From Anaerolineae bacterium (GTDB taxonomy: Bacteria; Chloroflexota; Anaerolineae; Aggregatilineales; Phototrophicaceae), in NCBI GenBank assembly GCA_025454525.1, contig JALOOG010000024.1, positions 2,004 to 66,003 on the forward strand: DNA of 64,000 nucleotides, in the 5' to 3' direction. The notes beneath the pieces are model-generated. The model was not told the DNA's origin and did not search any database. It was given only the letters and a program-made list of their open reading frames with translations. The position numbers and the translations under genes are program-made. Shown here in pieces: positions 9,187-18,770 of the stretch. Each line of letters opens with the position of its first letter. Position 1 is the first letter of the stretch.

Positions 9187-10560
9187 TTAATAATCTCCCA
9201 AATCGACGCGGCGCACCACACCGTCCATAAATTTTGTTAAGGTGTTATCAAAATAGAGCGAGATCGTCCCCGTTGCACCGTTCCGATGTTTTGCTACGAT
9301 CACATCCGCTTGATTTGGAAATTCAGTGGCCTCGTTATAGACCACATCACGATAGAGGAACATGATCACATCGGCATCTTGTTCGATCGCGCCCGACTCG
9401 CGTAGATCGCTCATCAATGGGCGCTTGTCTTGACGTTGTTCCACCGCACGCGAAAGTTGCGCGGCTGTGAAGATCGGCACGTTTAATTCACGCGCTAATT
9501 CTTTTAAGGCGCGGCTGATAAAGCTGACCTCTTGCACCCGGTTGTTTTCATAGCTGCCACCGGAGTTCATCAACTGCAAATAATCGATGATCACCAGATC
9601 GATCCCGTACTCATGTTGTAAGCGGCGGCACTTGGTACGCACTTGCAACGGAGACAGGGCCGGGGTGTCATCAATGAAGATCGAAAACCGACTCAAGCGG
9701 CCGGCCGCTTCCACAAAGCGCGAAAATTCTTGCGGCGATAAGCGCCCCATACGGAGTTGATGCGTGTTGATCCCGGTCTCCATAGCGATCATCCGCTGCA
9801 CGATCTGATCCGCGCCCATTTCCATCGTAAAAATCGCGATCCGCGCCCCTAAGCGGGCGGCATTCACCGCACTAGACAATAAAAACGAGGTCTTGCCCAT
9901 GCCAGGACGGCCCGCAAAGATCAACAGATCCGATTTTTGGAAACCGCCTAACATCTCATCCAAGTCTTTAAAGCCGCTGGGGGTGCCGAAAGTCATTTCG
10001 GGGTTTTGCATCCGATGTTCGATCTGATCAAAATAGGTGCTGATCACATCATGCAACGGGGTAAATTCACGCTTAAGTTGACGATCGGTGACGTTAAACA
10101 GTTGTTTTTCCGCGTCACTGATCACCGTGTCGATGTCAATTTTTTCGTTGTAAGCGAGGCCTTTGATCTGATCGGCCGCCTCTAACAACCGCCGCCGTAA
10201 CGCGGCCCGCTCCACGATCCGCGCATAAAATTCACCGTAGACCGAGGTCGGTGTGCTGTTGATCAGGTGCGCGATATACGGAGGGCCTTCGATCGCTTCA
10301 AGTTGCTCTAGGTTGCGGAGTTCTTCGATCAACGTTAAATATTCGATCGGCTCATTGCGATCGCTTAAGCGATTCATCGCATCCCAGATAAAGCGATGCC
10401 GGATGATGAAAAAATCATCGGATTTAAGAATGCCAGCGATCGTTAAAAAGGAGTCTTGGTTCAGTAGGATCGATCCAAGAACCGCCTCCTCCGCTTCTGG
10501 ACTGTAAGGGGCCGCGCCGTAATCAAGTTGGACACGGGTCGTCTGTTGATCGCTCATCAA
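9187..10560 (-). CDS. dnaB: Replicative DNA helicase DnaB
   Basis: Walker A GRPGMGKTSFLL. H2-H4 motifs (IIDYLQLM, AKHRNGATG). N-terminal DnaB domain. 457 aa, no intein. Confidence 0.92.
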   Translation of the reverse strand: MMSDQQTTRVQLDYGAAPYSPEAEEAVLGSILLNQDSFLTIAGILKSDDFFIIRHRFIWDAMNRLSDRNEPIEYLTLIEELRNLEQLEAIEGPPYIAHLINSTPTSVYGEFYARIVERAALRRRLLEAADQIKGLAYNEKIDIDTVISDAEKQLFNVTDRQLKREFTPLHDVISTYFDQIEHRMQNPEMTFGTPSGFKDLDEMLGGFQKSDLLIFAGRPGMGKTSFLLSSAVNAARLGARIAIFTMEMGADQIVQRMIAMETGINTHQLRMGRLSPQEFSRFVEAAGRLSRFSIFIDDTPALSPLQVRTKCRRLQHEYGIDLVIIDYLQLMNSGGSYENNRVQEVSFISRALKELARELNVPIFTAAQLSRAVEQRQDKRPLMSDLRESGAIEQDADVIMFLYRDVVYNEATEFPNQADVIVAKHRNGATGTISLYFDNTLTKFMDGVVRRVDLGDY

Positions 10561-10668
10561 TTATGAACCAACCCTAAAACCCTAAAATAACCGTTAGAAG
10601 TCAAGTGCGAGAGTCAAAAACGGTGCGACAAGAGGATCGCACCGCGTTTTCCACAAGAATGAGGGGGC

Positions 10669-11202
10669 TTATTTATCTTCGTCGCCCAAGTCATCTAGAT
10701 CTAACGAATTTACAAAATCGGCAAACGCGCTTAGACGACGTTCATCCACTTCTGCACCCCGTGGAGCAGCTTTTTCTTCGGCGATCTCTTGTTCCACATC
10801 GGGATCGGGCTTAATCCCAGCCCGCTCAAACACATGCTCCGCCACAAAGATCGGCGCTTTGGCACGTACCGCGACCGCGATCGCATCACTGGGACGCGAA
10901 TCGACTTCCACCTGTTTTCCGTTGATCTCTACCACCAAACGCGCATAGTAGATCTCATTACGGAGATCGTTGATCAGGACGTGAACCACCCGTCCGCCTA
11001 ACTCGCGAATAATCGACTTGATCAAATCGTGGGTGAAAGGGCGTTGTTGAGGGACTTCCTGAAGTTCTTGCGTGATCGCTTCTGCTTCAAACGGCCCGAT
11101 CCAGATCGCAAGATAGCGCTCAGTATGGATGTCTTTTAAGACAACGATCCGGTGCTGCGACATCAAGCTCACCCGGATACTGTCAATAATCACCTCAACC
11201 AT
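10669..11202 (-). CDS. Bifunctional nuclease family protein (DUF151/BFN domain) with an acidic C-terminal tail
   Basis: Resembles the BFN domain consensus (IWIGPFEAEAI...HDLIKSII...VVHVLINDLRNEIYYARLVV). C-terminal DLDDLGDEDK. Confidence 0.7.
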   Translation of the reverse strand: MVEVIIDSIRVSLMSQHRIVVLKDIHTERYLAIWIGPFEAEAITQELQEVPQQRPFTHDLIKSIIRELGGRVVHVLINDLRNEIYYARLVVEINGKQVEVDSRPSDAIAVAVRAKAPIFVAEHVFERAGIKPDPDVEQEIAEEKAAPRGAEVDERRLSAFADFVNSLDLDDLGDEDK

Positions 11203-11362
11203 ATCACCAATCCTTAAAGAGTCATCTCACGTTCTCTCCAGATTATACACGGAGATGGCTTAACGGCAATATTGTACCAGATTAAGGAATTGCCCGGATC
11301 GTTGATTTTCTGGTTATAATCCAAATTACAGATCTGCAACAAAGAAAACGATAAGGGACTCT

Positions 11363-14300
11363 ATGCTGCCCGTAACAATGACACAAAGTATCGGCAAGCG
11401 CTACCGCTTGGAACACCTGATTGGGATGGGTGGCATGGGAGCCGTGTATCGCGCCGTAGATCGTTTAACTGGGAAAGTGGTCGCGCTCAAGCGTGTGACC
11501 ATGAATGAGCTTCACCTTGAGCCTTCGGCCAGTGGCGCACAAACCGATGTGCGCGTGGCGTTGACCCAAGAATTTAAATTAATCGCTTCGTTACGGCATC
11601 CTAATGTGATCACCGTTTTAGATTATGGCTTTGATCAAAATCGCGAACCTTATTACACAATGGAGTATCTCGCAGGCGCGGACACGCTGTTAGAGGCGAG
11701 TCGTCCCCAAAATATCGTGCAACGTGTTCATCTCTTAGTACAAACCCTACAAGCGCTGACTTATCTGCATCGGCGCGGGATTTTGCATCGCGATCTAAAA
11801 CCGGCGAATGTGCTGGTCTATGAGGGCCAAGTGAAAGTGTTAGATTTTGGCCTGTCGATGATGCGCGATCGAGTCGATCGGAGTCAACGATCAGAAGAGA
11901 GTGATCCGGCGGTCGGCACATTAGGCTACATGCCACCTGAAGTCTTGTTAGGCGATCCACCGCGTGAAGCCGCTGATTTATATGCGGTGGGTATCATGGC
12001 CTATGAGATCTTTGCTGGACGACATCCCTTCCATATCGAAGATGTAGGCCTGTTGATCAACGATATTCTGCATACCGCGCCCGATGTCTATCAATTGGAT
12101 ATCAGTTTGCCGTTAGCCCAAGTGATCCAACGCTTGTTAATGAAAAATCCACAAGATCGTTATCAAAATGCCCGTGAGGTGATCGCCGATCTCAGCGCTT
12201 CGGTGGAAACGCCGATCCATATCGAAACCGAAGCCACCCGCGAAAGTTTTTTGCAGGCCGCCCGCTTTGTCGGACGCGATCATGAATTGGATCAATTAAC
12301 CCATGCACTCAAAGTGACCACCACCGGACAGGGAAGCCTTTGGTTGATCGGCGGTGAAAGTGGAGTCGGAAAATCGCGGCTCACCGACGAATTGCGTACC
12401 CGTGCCTTGGTGCAAGGCGCGTTGGTGATGCAAGGTCAATCGGAAAACGCCACAGGCATTCCCTATCAAATGTGGCGTTCGGTGATCCAATGGTTGATGT
12501 TGTTACGCGATCTTTCGGCGGATGAGATCAACGTGATCCATAATCTGACTTTAGAGCAAACACCCACTAGCCCGCTTGATCCAGCCACGGCCCAAGCGCG
12601 TTTCTTACGGATCTTAAAAGAGTCCCTCGCGAGTCTAGATCAACCCGTCTTATTTTTGGTGGAAGATCTGCATTGGGCGGGGAGCGAAAGTATCGCTTTG
12701 TTAGTCCAATTGGAAAAAATGCTCTCCACCTTGCCCTTATTGATTGTGGTGAGTTATCGCGATGATGAACGGCCTGATATTCCACAATTGTTCCCGTCTG
12801 TCCCCGTGATGAAGTTGACTCGACTTTCGGAGCGCGGGATCGCCGAATTAAGCCAAGCGATGTTAGGGGAAGTGGGGCGACAAGCGCATGTGGTCGATCT
12901 GCTCAAACGCGAAACCGAAGGCAATATCTTCTTTATCATCGAAGTGATCCGGGCTTTGGCCGATGAAGCGGGCGATCTGGAACAGATCGGTTTGATGACT
13001 TTGCCGGAGCATGTCTTTTCCGGTGGGATCAAGCGCATTGTGCAGCATCGCTTGAAACATATCCCGCCTTATGCCTACCAACTTCTCTATCATGCGGCGG
13101 TGAGCGGACGACAATTAGACCTCACCTTGCTTAAAATTCTCGCACCGACGATCGATCTCGATCGGTGGTTGACCGATTGTGCGAATGCCTCGGTGTTAGA
13201 AGTCGCTGACGGCAATCAATGGCGTTTTACCCATGACAAATTGCGGGAAGGGGTGATCGCGGATCTCTCGGATCTGGAGCGGATCGAAACGCATCAACAC
13301 GTTGCCAAGGCCATTGAACAGATCTATGGACGTGAGCGGGTGTCTGCTTTGGCTTATCATTGGGGCAAGGCCCAACACATCGAAAAAGAGTTGTTTTATA
13401 CCCGTTTAGCAGGTCAACAAGCGCTACGGAGCGGTGCGTATCTAGAAGCGGTGGATTATTTTGAGCGCACCTTACAGTTGACCCCCGAAAACAGCGCGGC
13501 CCAAATTGACCTGATGCAACAGTTAGGAGAAGCGCATCTTGGCTTCGGCGGTTATGATCAAGCGCGGCGTTTGTATCAGCAAAGCGCCGGATTAGCCGAT
13601 CAATTCGGTCAAACCCCTGCTAAAGCGAACGCCTTGGCACGCTTAGGGGACATCGCCCATACCCAAAATGACTATAAAACCGCCGAGTCGCTCTACACGG
13701 AAAGTCATCGCTTGTATCAACAATTGGGCGATCGGCAAGGCGTGGCCAAGACGCTCAATAGCCTTGGCACCTTGGCTTACGATCTGGGTGAAGCGGAACG
13801 GGCTAAACGGTTGTATCAGGAAAGTTTGAACCTCACTCGCGAGTCCGGGGGACAATGGGGTATGGCCGGCGCGATTCGTAAGGATGAAGCGATCAATACC
13901 CGCGATACTCAAGAATTTCGACTCTTGTTAGGTCAATTGGACACACAATTGGAAAGTGGCGACCAACTCAACGCGGCCAAGACTTTACAACAATTGGGTG
14001 AAAGCGCGGTGCATGTTGGGGATATCCAAACGGCGAAAGATTATTATGAGCGGAGTGTTGCCTTGTATCGGGCGCTGAATCAACCAATCGGGGTGATTGA
14101 GGGGTATAATGCCTTAGCCAACACGCTGTTAAACACCCCCGAATCATCGCACTACTTGTTAGAGGCATTGCAGACCGCGCAATCGCATCAATTGATCCCC
14201 CACACCTTAGAGACCTTGCTGAATTTCGCGGTGTACTTTCAACAACGTGGCAATCTTGAGCAATCGGTAGAAATTCTCGCATTCATCTTGTACTATCCCG

Positions 14301-14443
14301 ACTCATCTGATGCGCTACAAGATCAAGCGGAGCGGTTAGCCTTTGAATTAGAAGGGCAATTCGACTCCTCCGTCTGGGAGCGCGGTAAAAATCAGTCTTT
14401 TGAGCATCTGATCCGACAAGTGATTCAATGGTTGTCAGCATGA
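11363..14443 (+). CDS. Ser/Thr protein kinase fused to a STAND-type AAA+ NTPase (AAA_16-like) and C-terminal TPR repeats
   Basis: Kinase subdomains GMGGMGAVYRA...VALK, HRDLKPANVL, DFGLS. P-loop GGESGVGKSRL. Multiple TPR-like repeats (YKTAESLY..., LGEAERAKRLYQESL...). Confidence 0.85.
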   Translation: MLPVTMTQSIGKRYRLEHLIGMGGMGAVYRAVDRLTGKVVALKRVTMNELHLEPSASGAQTDVRVALTQEFKLIASLRHPNVITVLDYGFDQNREPYYTMEYLAGADTLLEASRPQNIVQRVHLLVQTLQALTYLHRRGILHRDLKPANVLVYEGQVKVLDFGLSMMRDRVDRSQRSEESDPAVGTLGYMPPEVLLGDPPREAADLYAVGIMAYEIFAGRHPFHIEDVGLLINDILHTAPDVYQLDISLPLAQVIQRLLMKNPQDRYQNAREVIADLSASVETPIHIETEATRESFLQAARFVGRDHELDQLTHALKVTTTGQGSLWLIGGESGVGKSRLTDELRTRALVQGALVMQGQSENATGIPYQMWRSVIQWLMLLRDLSADEINVIHNLTLEQTPTSPLDPATAQARFLRILKESLASLDQPVLFLVEDLHWAGSESIALLVQLEKMLSTLPLLIVVSYRDDERPDIPQLFPSVPVMKLTRLSERGIAELSQAMLGEVGRQAHVVDLLKRETEGNIFFIIEVIRALADEAGDLEQIGLMTLPEHVFSGGIKRIVQHRLKHIPPYAYQLLYHAAVSGRQLDLTLLKILAPTIDLDRWLTDCANASVLEVADGNQWRFTHDKLREGVIADLSDLERIETHQHVAKAIEQIYGRERVSALAYHWGKAQHIEKELFYTRLAGQQALRSGAYLEAVDYFERTLQLTPENSAAQIDLMQQLGEAHLGFGGYDQARRLYQQSAGLADQFGQTPAKANALARLGDIAHTQNDYKTAESLYTESHRLYQQLGDRQGVAKTLNSLGTLAYDLGEAERAKRLYQESLNLTRESGGQWGMAGAIRKDEAINTRDTQEFRLLLGQLDTQLESGDQLNAAKTLQQLGESAVHVGDIQTAKDYYERSVALYRALNQPIGVIEGYNALANTLLNTPESSHYLLEALQTAQSHQLIPHTLETLLNFAVYFQQRGNLEQSVEILAFILYYPDSSDALQDQAERLAFELEGQFDSSVWERGKNQSFEHLIRQVIQWLSA

Positions 14444-14769
14444 CCAGTTACCTAGAACAAAGTAAAGAGCTACAAGTGGTCTTAAAGACCGCGTTTGAAA
14501 CCGGTATGATCGCGGAAACCTTAGAGGCATTAGCGAAATTAGCGGTGATCATGGCCCAATTCGGTAAAACCAGTGAAGCGGCCGAAGCGGTGTCGTATGT
14601 GATGCAACACCCCGATGTCCCGTATGACATTTACGATCGGGCGGAAGATGTCTTTTTGGATCTCGAAACCCATTTATGCCCGCGTGTTTTAAGTGATGCC
14701 AAAGTAACCGCCACGTATCGCACCCTGCGGAGTGCGGTCGAAGCGGCTTTATCTGTGACGGTGGATTAA
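14440..14769 (+). CDS. Small alpha-helical protein, a paralog of the C-terminal segment of the upstream STAND kinase
   Basis: The ATG at 14440 overlaps the kinase stop (ATGA). Its motif KLAVIMAQFGKTSEAAEAVSYVMQHPD...RAEDVFLDLE parallels NFAVYFQQRGNLEQSVEILAFILYYPD...QAERLAFELE at the kinase C-terminus. Confidence 0.45.
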   Translation: MTSYLEQSKELQVVLKTAFETGMIAETLEALAKLAVIMAQFGKTSEAAEAVSYVMQHPDVPYDIYDRAEDVFLDLETHLCPRVLSDAKVTATYRTLRSAVEAALSVTVD

Positions 14770-14787
14770 ACCGAGAGGAATGATCGA

Positions 14788-16605
14788 ATGAAGATGTTAG
14801 ATTTAGCGCCAGAAGCAGATTGGCGTAAACGTTTTCGTGCGGCTCTGGTGGGCGGCACTCAAATTGCCCGGATGAACCCCAAGCGGGGACTCGCGGTGAG
14901 TAACCTGTCTGGCATTTATCAGCTTCACTCTTGGGATGTCGAAACGGGTGAGTTGCGTCAAGTGACGAATGCCCCGGCCGGCGTGGTGGTCGGGGGGATT
15001 GCCGCCGACGGCAGCGCGATCTACTATTTACAAGATCAAAAAGGGGATGAGATCGGACATTATGTGCGTGTCCCGTTTGACGGTGATTACAACACGCCCG
15101 TAGAAGATCTCACACCAGACATGCCGAATTATGCCTCATTTTACATCGGGCAAAGTTTATCGGCGCGGTGGATCGGCTTGACCACCGCGGGTGCGGACGG
15201 CTTTCAGATGTGGGTGATCGGGCCCGATCAATCGTCTCAATTGATCTACCGGAGTCAGCGTCTTTCGTTCGGGCCGATGCTCTCATTTGACGGGGAATAC
15301 GCGGTAATCGCGACCACCGAACGTCATCAGTTTAACAACTTGAGCCTAATGGCCTTTGATTTACGCGCCCAAAGCGACTCGCAAAAGGTGTTGATCCTAA
15401 GCGAAGATGACGGCTCAATCGAACCCGTCGCATTTTCACCGCGCCCGGACGATGTGCGTTTATTGGCTTCAACCAATGTCACCGGCTTTGATCGTCCGCT
15501 GATCTGGGATGTGTCTACTGGGGATCGCACCGATCTGCCGTTTGTGGGTATGGACGGCGATATTCAAGCGTGGGGGTGGTCACCGGACGGCACAAAATTG
15601 CTGTTATGCCAATTTGTGCAAGCGCATTATCAATTGTATGTGTATGACCTTGATCACAGCACCTTACACAAGTTAGATCACCCAAGTGGCACGTATAATT
15701 CAGGTTATTTTTACTCTGATCGGGAAATTTTTGTCAATCGTCAAGACTCGATCACCCCGACACAAGTCGTCGCTTTAGACGCACAAACCGGCGCACAAAC
15801 CCGCGTGGTGTTGCGCCTGCCACAAGACATCCCACCGAGTCGCCCATGGCGATCGGTGACGTTCCCATCATCGGGTGGTCAGCAGATCCAAGCGTGGATC
15901 GCCACACCCGAAGGAGAAGGGCCTTTCCCGACGATCCTCTACACGCACGGTGGTCCCACGTCTGTGCAAACCGAGACTTTTTATCCCAGCGCGCAAGCGT
16001 GGCTCGATCACGGGTTCGCCTTTGTCAGCGTCAATTATCGGGGATCGGTGACGTTCGGGCGGCAATTTGAACAAGCGATCTGGGGCAAGTTGGGCGAATT
16101 AGAAGTTGATGACATGGTGGCGGCTCGGCATTATCTGGTGACACACCGAATCGCTGATCCCGATGCGATCCTCTTAACGGGTGGATCGTATGGCGGCTAC
16201 TTGACCTTACAGGCGATCGGCAAGACTCCAGATTTATGGGCCGGTGGAATGGCCGTCGTTGCGATCGCCGATTGGCGGTTGATGTATGAAGATCAAGCGG
16301 AGACCTTGCGCGGGTATCAACGCTCTTTATTCGGTGGATCGCCGGATGACCTGCCAGAACAACACGCGAAAAGCTCCCCGATCACCTATGCTGATCAGAT
16401 CAAAGCGCCGATCTTGGTGATCCAAGGCAAAAATGACACCCGTTGCCCGGCCCGTCAAATGGAAGTCTACGAACAGACCTTAAAGGAACGCGGTAAAGCC
16501 ATTGAGATCGAGTGGTTTGATGCTGGACATGGCTCACGGGCCATGGAACAGAGCATCCATCATCAAGAGTTAATGCTCCGTTGGGCGTATCGCATTTTAG
16601 GGTAG
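14788..16605 (+). CDS. S9-family serine peptidase (prolyl oligopeptidase / acylaminoacyl-peptidase-like) with an N-terminal beta-propeller
   Basis: Catalytic Ser motif GGSYGGYLT. C-terminal alpha/beta hydrolase with Asp/His (KNDTRCP...DAGHG). RBS GAGAGGAA upstream. Confidence 0.85.
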   Translation: MKMLDLAPEADWRKRFRAALVGGTQIARMNPKRGLAVSNLSGIYQLHSWDVETGELRQVTNAPAGVVVGGIAADGSAIYYLQDQKGDEIGHYVRVPFDGDYNTPVEDLTPDMPNYASFYIGQSLSARWIGLTTAGADGFQMWVIGPDQSSQLIYRSQRLSFGPMLSFDGEYAVIATTERHQFNNLSLMAFDLRAQSDSQKVLILSEDDGSIEPVAFSPRPDDVRLLASTNVTGFDRPLIWDVSTGDRTDLPFVGMDGDIQAWGWSPDGTKLLLCQFVQAHYQLYVYDLDHSTLHKLDHPSGTYNSGYFYSDREIFVNRQDSITPTQVVALDAQTGAQTRVVLRLPQDIPPSRPWRSVTFPSSGGQQIQAWIATPEGEGPFPTILYTHGGPTSVQTETFYPSAQAWLDHGFAFVSVNYRGSVTFGRQFEQAIWGKLGELEVDDMVAARHYLVTHRIADPDAILLTGGSYGGYLTLQAIGKTPDLWAGGMAVVAIADWRLMYEDQAETLRGYQRSLFGGSPDDLPEQHAKSSPITYADQIKAPILVIQGKNDTRCPARQMEVYEQTLKERGKAIEIEWFDAGHGSRAMEQSIHHQELMLRWAYRILG

Positions 16606-16621
16606 GGATTGAGGTGAAGCG

Positions 16622-17704
16622 ATGACCACATATATCGGGGTGGATGGTTGCCGGGCGGGATGGTTTGCGATTACCTTATACGAGACTGGAAGTTGGCGGG
16701 CCGATCTGTTTCCATCGATCGGGAAATTGTGGGCCGAATGCAAACAACGCGATCCTGCTTTGATCTTGATCGACATCCCGATCGGTTTACCAGAGGACGG
16801 CAGTCGCTTGGCTGATGCCGAAGCTCGGCGTGTGTTGGGCAAACGGGGCAGCTCCGTGTTTAGTGTGCCAACGCGGGCCGCGATCTACGCCCCCGCTTAT
16901 GCCGCTGCTAATGAGATCAATTTTCAGATCAGCGGTAAACGATTCTCGTTGCAACTTTGGAACATCGCTGACAAGATCCGCGAAGTGGATGCGCTCTTGC
17001 AACAAGATCATGATGCACGACTGATCTTCCGCGAAACACATCCCGAAGTCTTGTTTTGGGGACTCGCGGAAAAACCGATGGATCACATCAAAAAGTTGAA
17101 CACGGGTTATCAGGAGCGGATTAGCTTATTACAAAATCTGTTCCCAGATGCGCCCAAAGTGATCACCGAGTCGCGTAAGGCCTATCGCCGCTTAGATGTT
17201 GGGCGTGATGATATGGTGGACGCATTGGTCGCCGCCATTGCCGCCAAGCACGGCAATTTGATCGGGATTCCCGCCACGCCACAATATGACGCACGCGGCC
17301 TCCCGATGCAGATTCTCTACCATCGTTCACCGATCGTCTTGCGTTTGCATCATGCTCAGATCACCGTGCCGTCTGATCAAGTGGAAGCGGCGCGGGCCTT
17401 TTACAGTGGTCTTTTAGGTTTACGAGAGATCCCAAAACCGGACTCGTTGATCGGACGCGGTGGTTTTTGGTTACGGATCGGGGATGCCGAATTGCATGTG
17501 AGTCCAGAAGACGGGGTGAACCGGGAAGCGACCAAAGCGCATCTCGCTTATCAAGTGGCGAATCTCGCTTATTGGCACAAACTCTTGACCGATCACGGCA
17601 TTACGATCGGCGACTCGATCCCGATTCCGGGCTATGAACGCTTTGAATTTCGCGATCCCTTCGGGAATCGGGTCGAATTGATCCAAAAAGAGAGCAGCCG
17701 ATGA
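16622..17704 (+). CDS. Fusion protein: DUF429 (RNase H-like predicted nuclease) N-terminal domain plus a VOC/glyoxalase-family C-terminal domain
   Basis: The N-terminus MTTYIGVDGCRAGWFAI is typical of DUF429. The C-terminal 120 aa (HHAQITVPS...FYSGLLGL...ERFEFRDPFGNRVELIQ) matches the glyoxalase/bleomycin-resistance (VOC) fold signature. Confidence 0.7.
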   Translation: MTTYIGVDGCRAGWFAITLYETGSWRADLFPSIGKLWAECKQRDPALILIDIPIGLPEDGSRLADAEARRVLGKRGSSVFSVPTRAAIYAPAYAAANEINFQISGKRFSLQLWNIADKIREVDALLQQDHDARLIFRETHPEVLFWGLAEKPMDHIKKLNTGYQERISLLQNLFPDAPKVITESRKAYRRLDVGRDDMVDALVAAIAAKHGNLIGIPATPQYDARGLPMQILYHRSPIVLRLHHAQITVPSDQVEAARAFYSGLLGLREIPKPDSLIGRGGFWLRIGDAELHVSPEDGVNREATKAHLAYQVANLAYWHKLLTDHGITIGDSIPIPGYERFEFRDPFGNRVELIQKESSR

Positions 17705-18204
17705 ACCCGATCTTGGTAACACCGGATCTACGGTATGCAGCCAGTTTCGCGGAGGCAGTGCGTGAATTTCAACCGGAAAAGCGTTATTTAGCCGTTGATC
17801 TAGACGATATACCGGCCTATATCGCGCAAATTGTCGCTTATCAATTCCAAGCGACGGAAGAGCGTGTGCCGGAGTCGGTGTTATGGTTGGTGGATCCCGA
17901 CTCGGACACATTTTTAGGGCGGTTATCGATCCGTCATCATTTGAACCCCAGTTTAGAGCAACTTGGTGGGCATATCGGGTATGAGATCCGGCCATCGGCG
18001 CGGGGCAAGGGTTACGGCCGGTTGATCTTGCAATTGGGGTTAGACAAGGCCCGCGCTTTGGGCCTCACCCGGGCCTTATTGACCTGTGATGCCACCAATA
18101 TCCTTTCGCAACGGGTGATCCGGGCGAATGGCGGGGTGTTGCAAGATCAAATCAGTTTACCGGAGCGTCCGAATCCGGTCATGCGGTGGTGGATTGATTT
18201 GTGA
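17701..18204 (+). CDS. GNAT-family N-acetyltransferase
   Basis: Acetyl-CoA motif [26 protein letters not shown] overlap with the upstream gene. Confidence 0.7.
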   Translation: MNPILVTPDLRYAASFAEAVREFQPEKRYLAVDLDDIPAYIAQIVAYQFQATEERVPESVLWLVDPDSDTFLGRLSIRHHLNPSLEQLGGHIGYEIRPSARGKGYGRLILQLGLDKARALGLTRALLTCDATNILSQRVIRANGGVLQDQISLPERPNPVMRWWIDL

Positions 18205-18770
18205 AGTTGATCCGTTTTTGGAAACCGTATGACGTTTTGACTCAATTCACCGACCCGGAAGGGCGCGCCACTTTAGCCGATTACATCACCTTACCGGAGG
18301 TGTATGCGGCCGGTCGCTTAGATCGCGATAGTGAGGGCCTGCTGTTATTGACCGATTCGGGACGCATCAGTCATCGCTTGACCGATCCCAAGTTTGCTCA
18401 TCCACGCACTTATTGGGCGCAAGTGGAGCGGATTCCCTCTGAAGCGGCGCTCGCACTATTGCGCGCTGGAGTCGATCTTAAAGACGGGCGGACACGGCCC
18501 GCACAAGCGATCTTATTGGACGGTGAACTAGATTTACCAGAGCGTCCCGTCCCGATCCGCTACCGTAAACAAGTGCCGACCGCGTGGCTTCAGTTGACGC
18601 TCACTGAAGGGCGGAATCGTCAAGTGCGCCGGATGACCGCGGCGGTCGGTCATCCGACCTTGCGCTTAGTGCGATGGGCGATCGGTGGGATCACCTTAGC
18701 GGGGTTACAGCCCGGAGAATGGCAAGAAGTTGCGCCAGAATTAGCGCGTGAGATTTTAGGGGTACGATGA
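18201..18770 (+). CDS. rRNA pseudouridine synthase (RsuA/RluE family, no S4 domain)
   Basis: Catalytic motif [17 protein letters not shown]. The 189-aa size is consistent with RluE-like enzymes. Confidence 0.8.
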   Translation: MKLIRFWKPYDVLTQFTDPEGRATLADYITLPEVYAAGRLDRDSEGLLLLTDSGRISHRLTDPKFAHPRTYWAQVERIPSEAALALLRAGVDLKDGRTRPAQAILLDGELDLPERPVPIRYRKQVPTAWLQLTLTEGRNRQVRRMTAAVGHPTLRLVRWAIGGITLAGLQPGEWQEVAPELAREILGVR

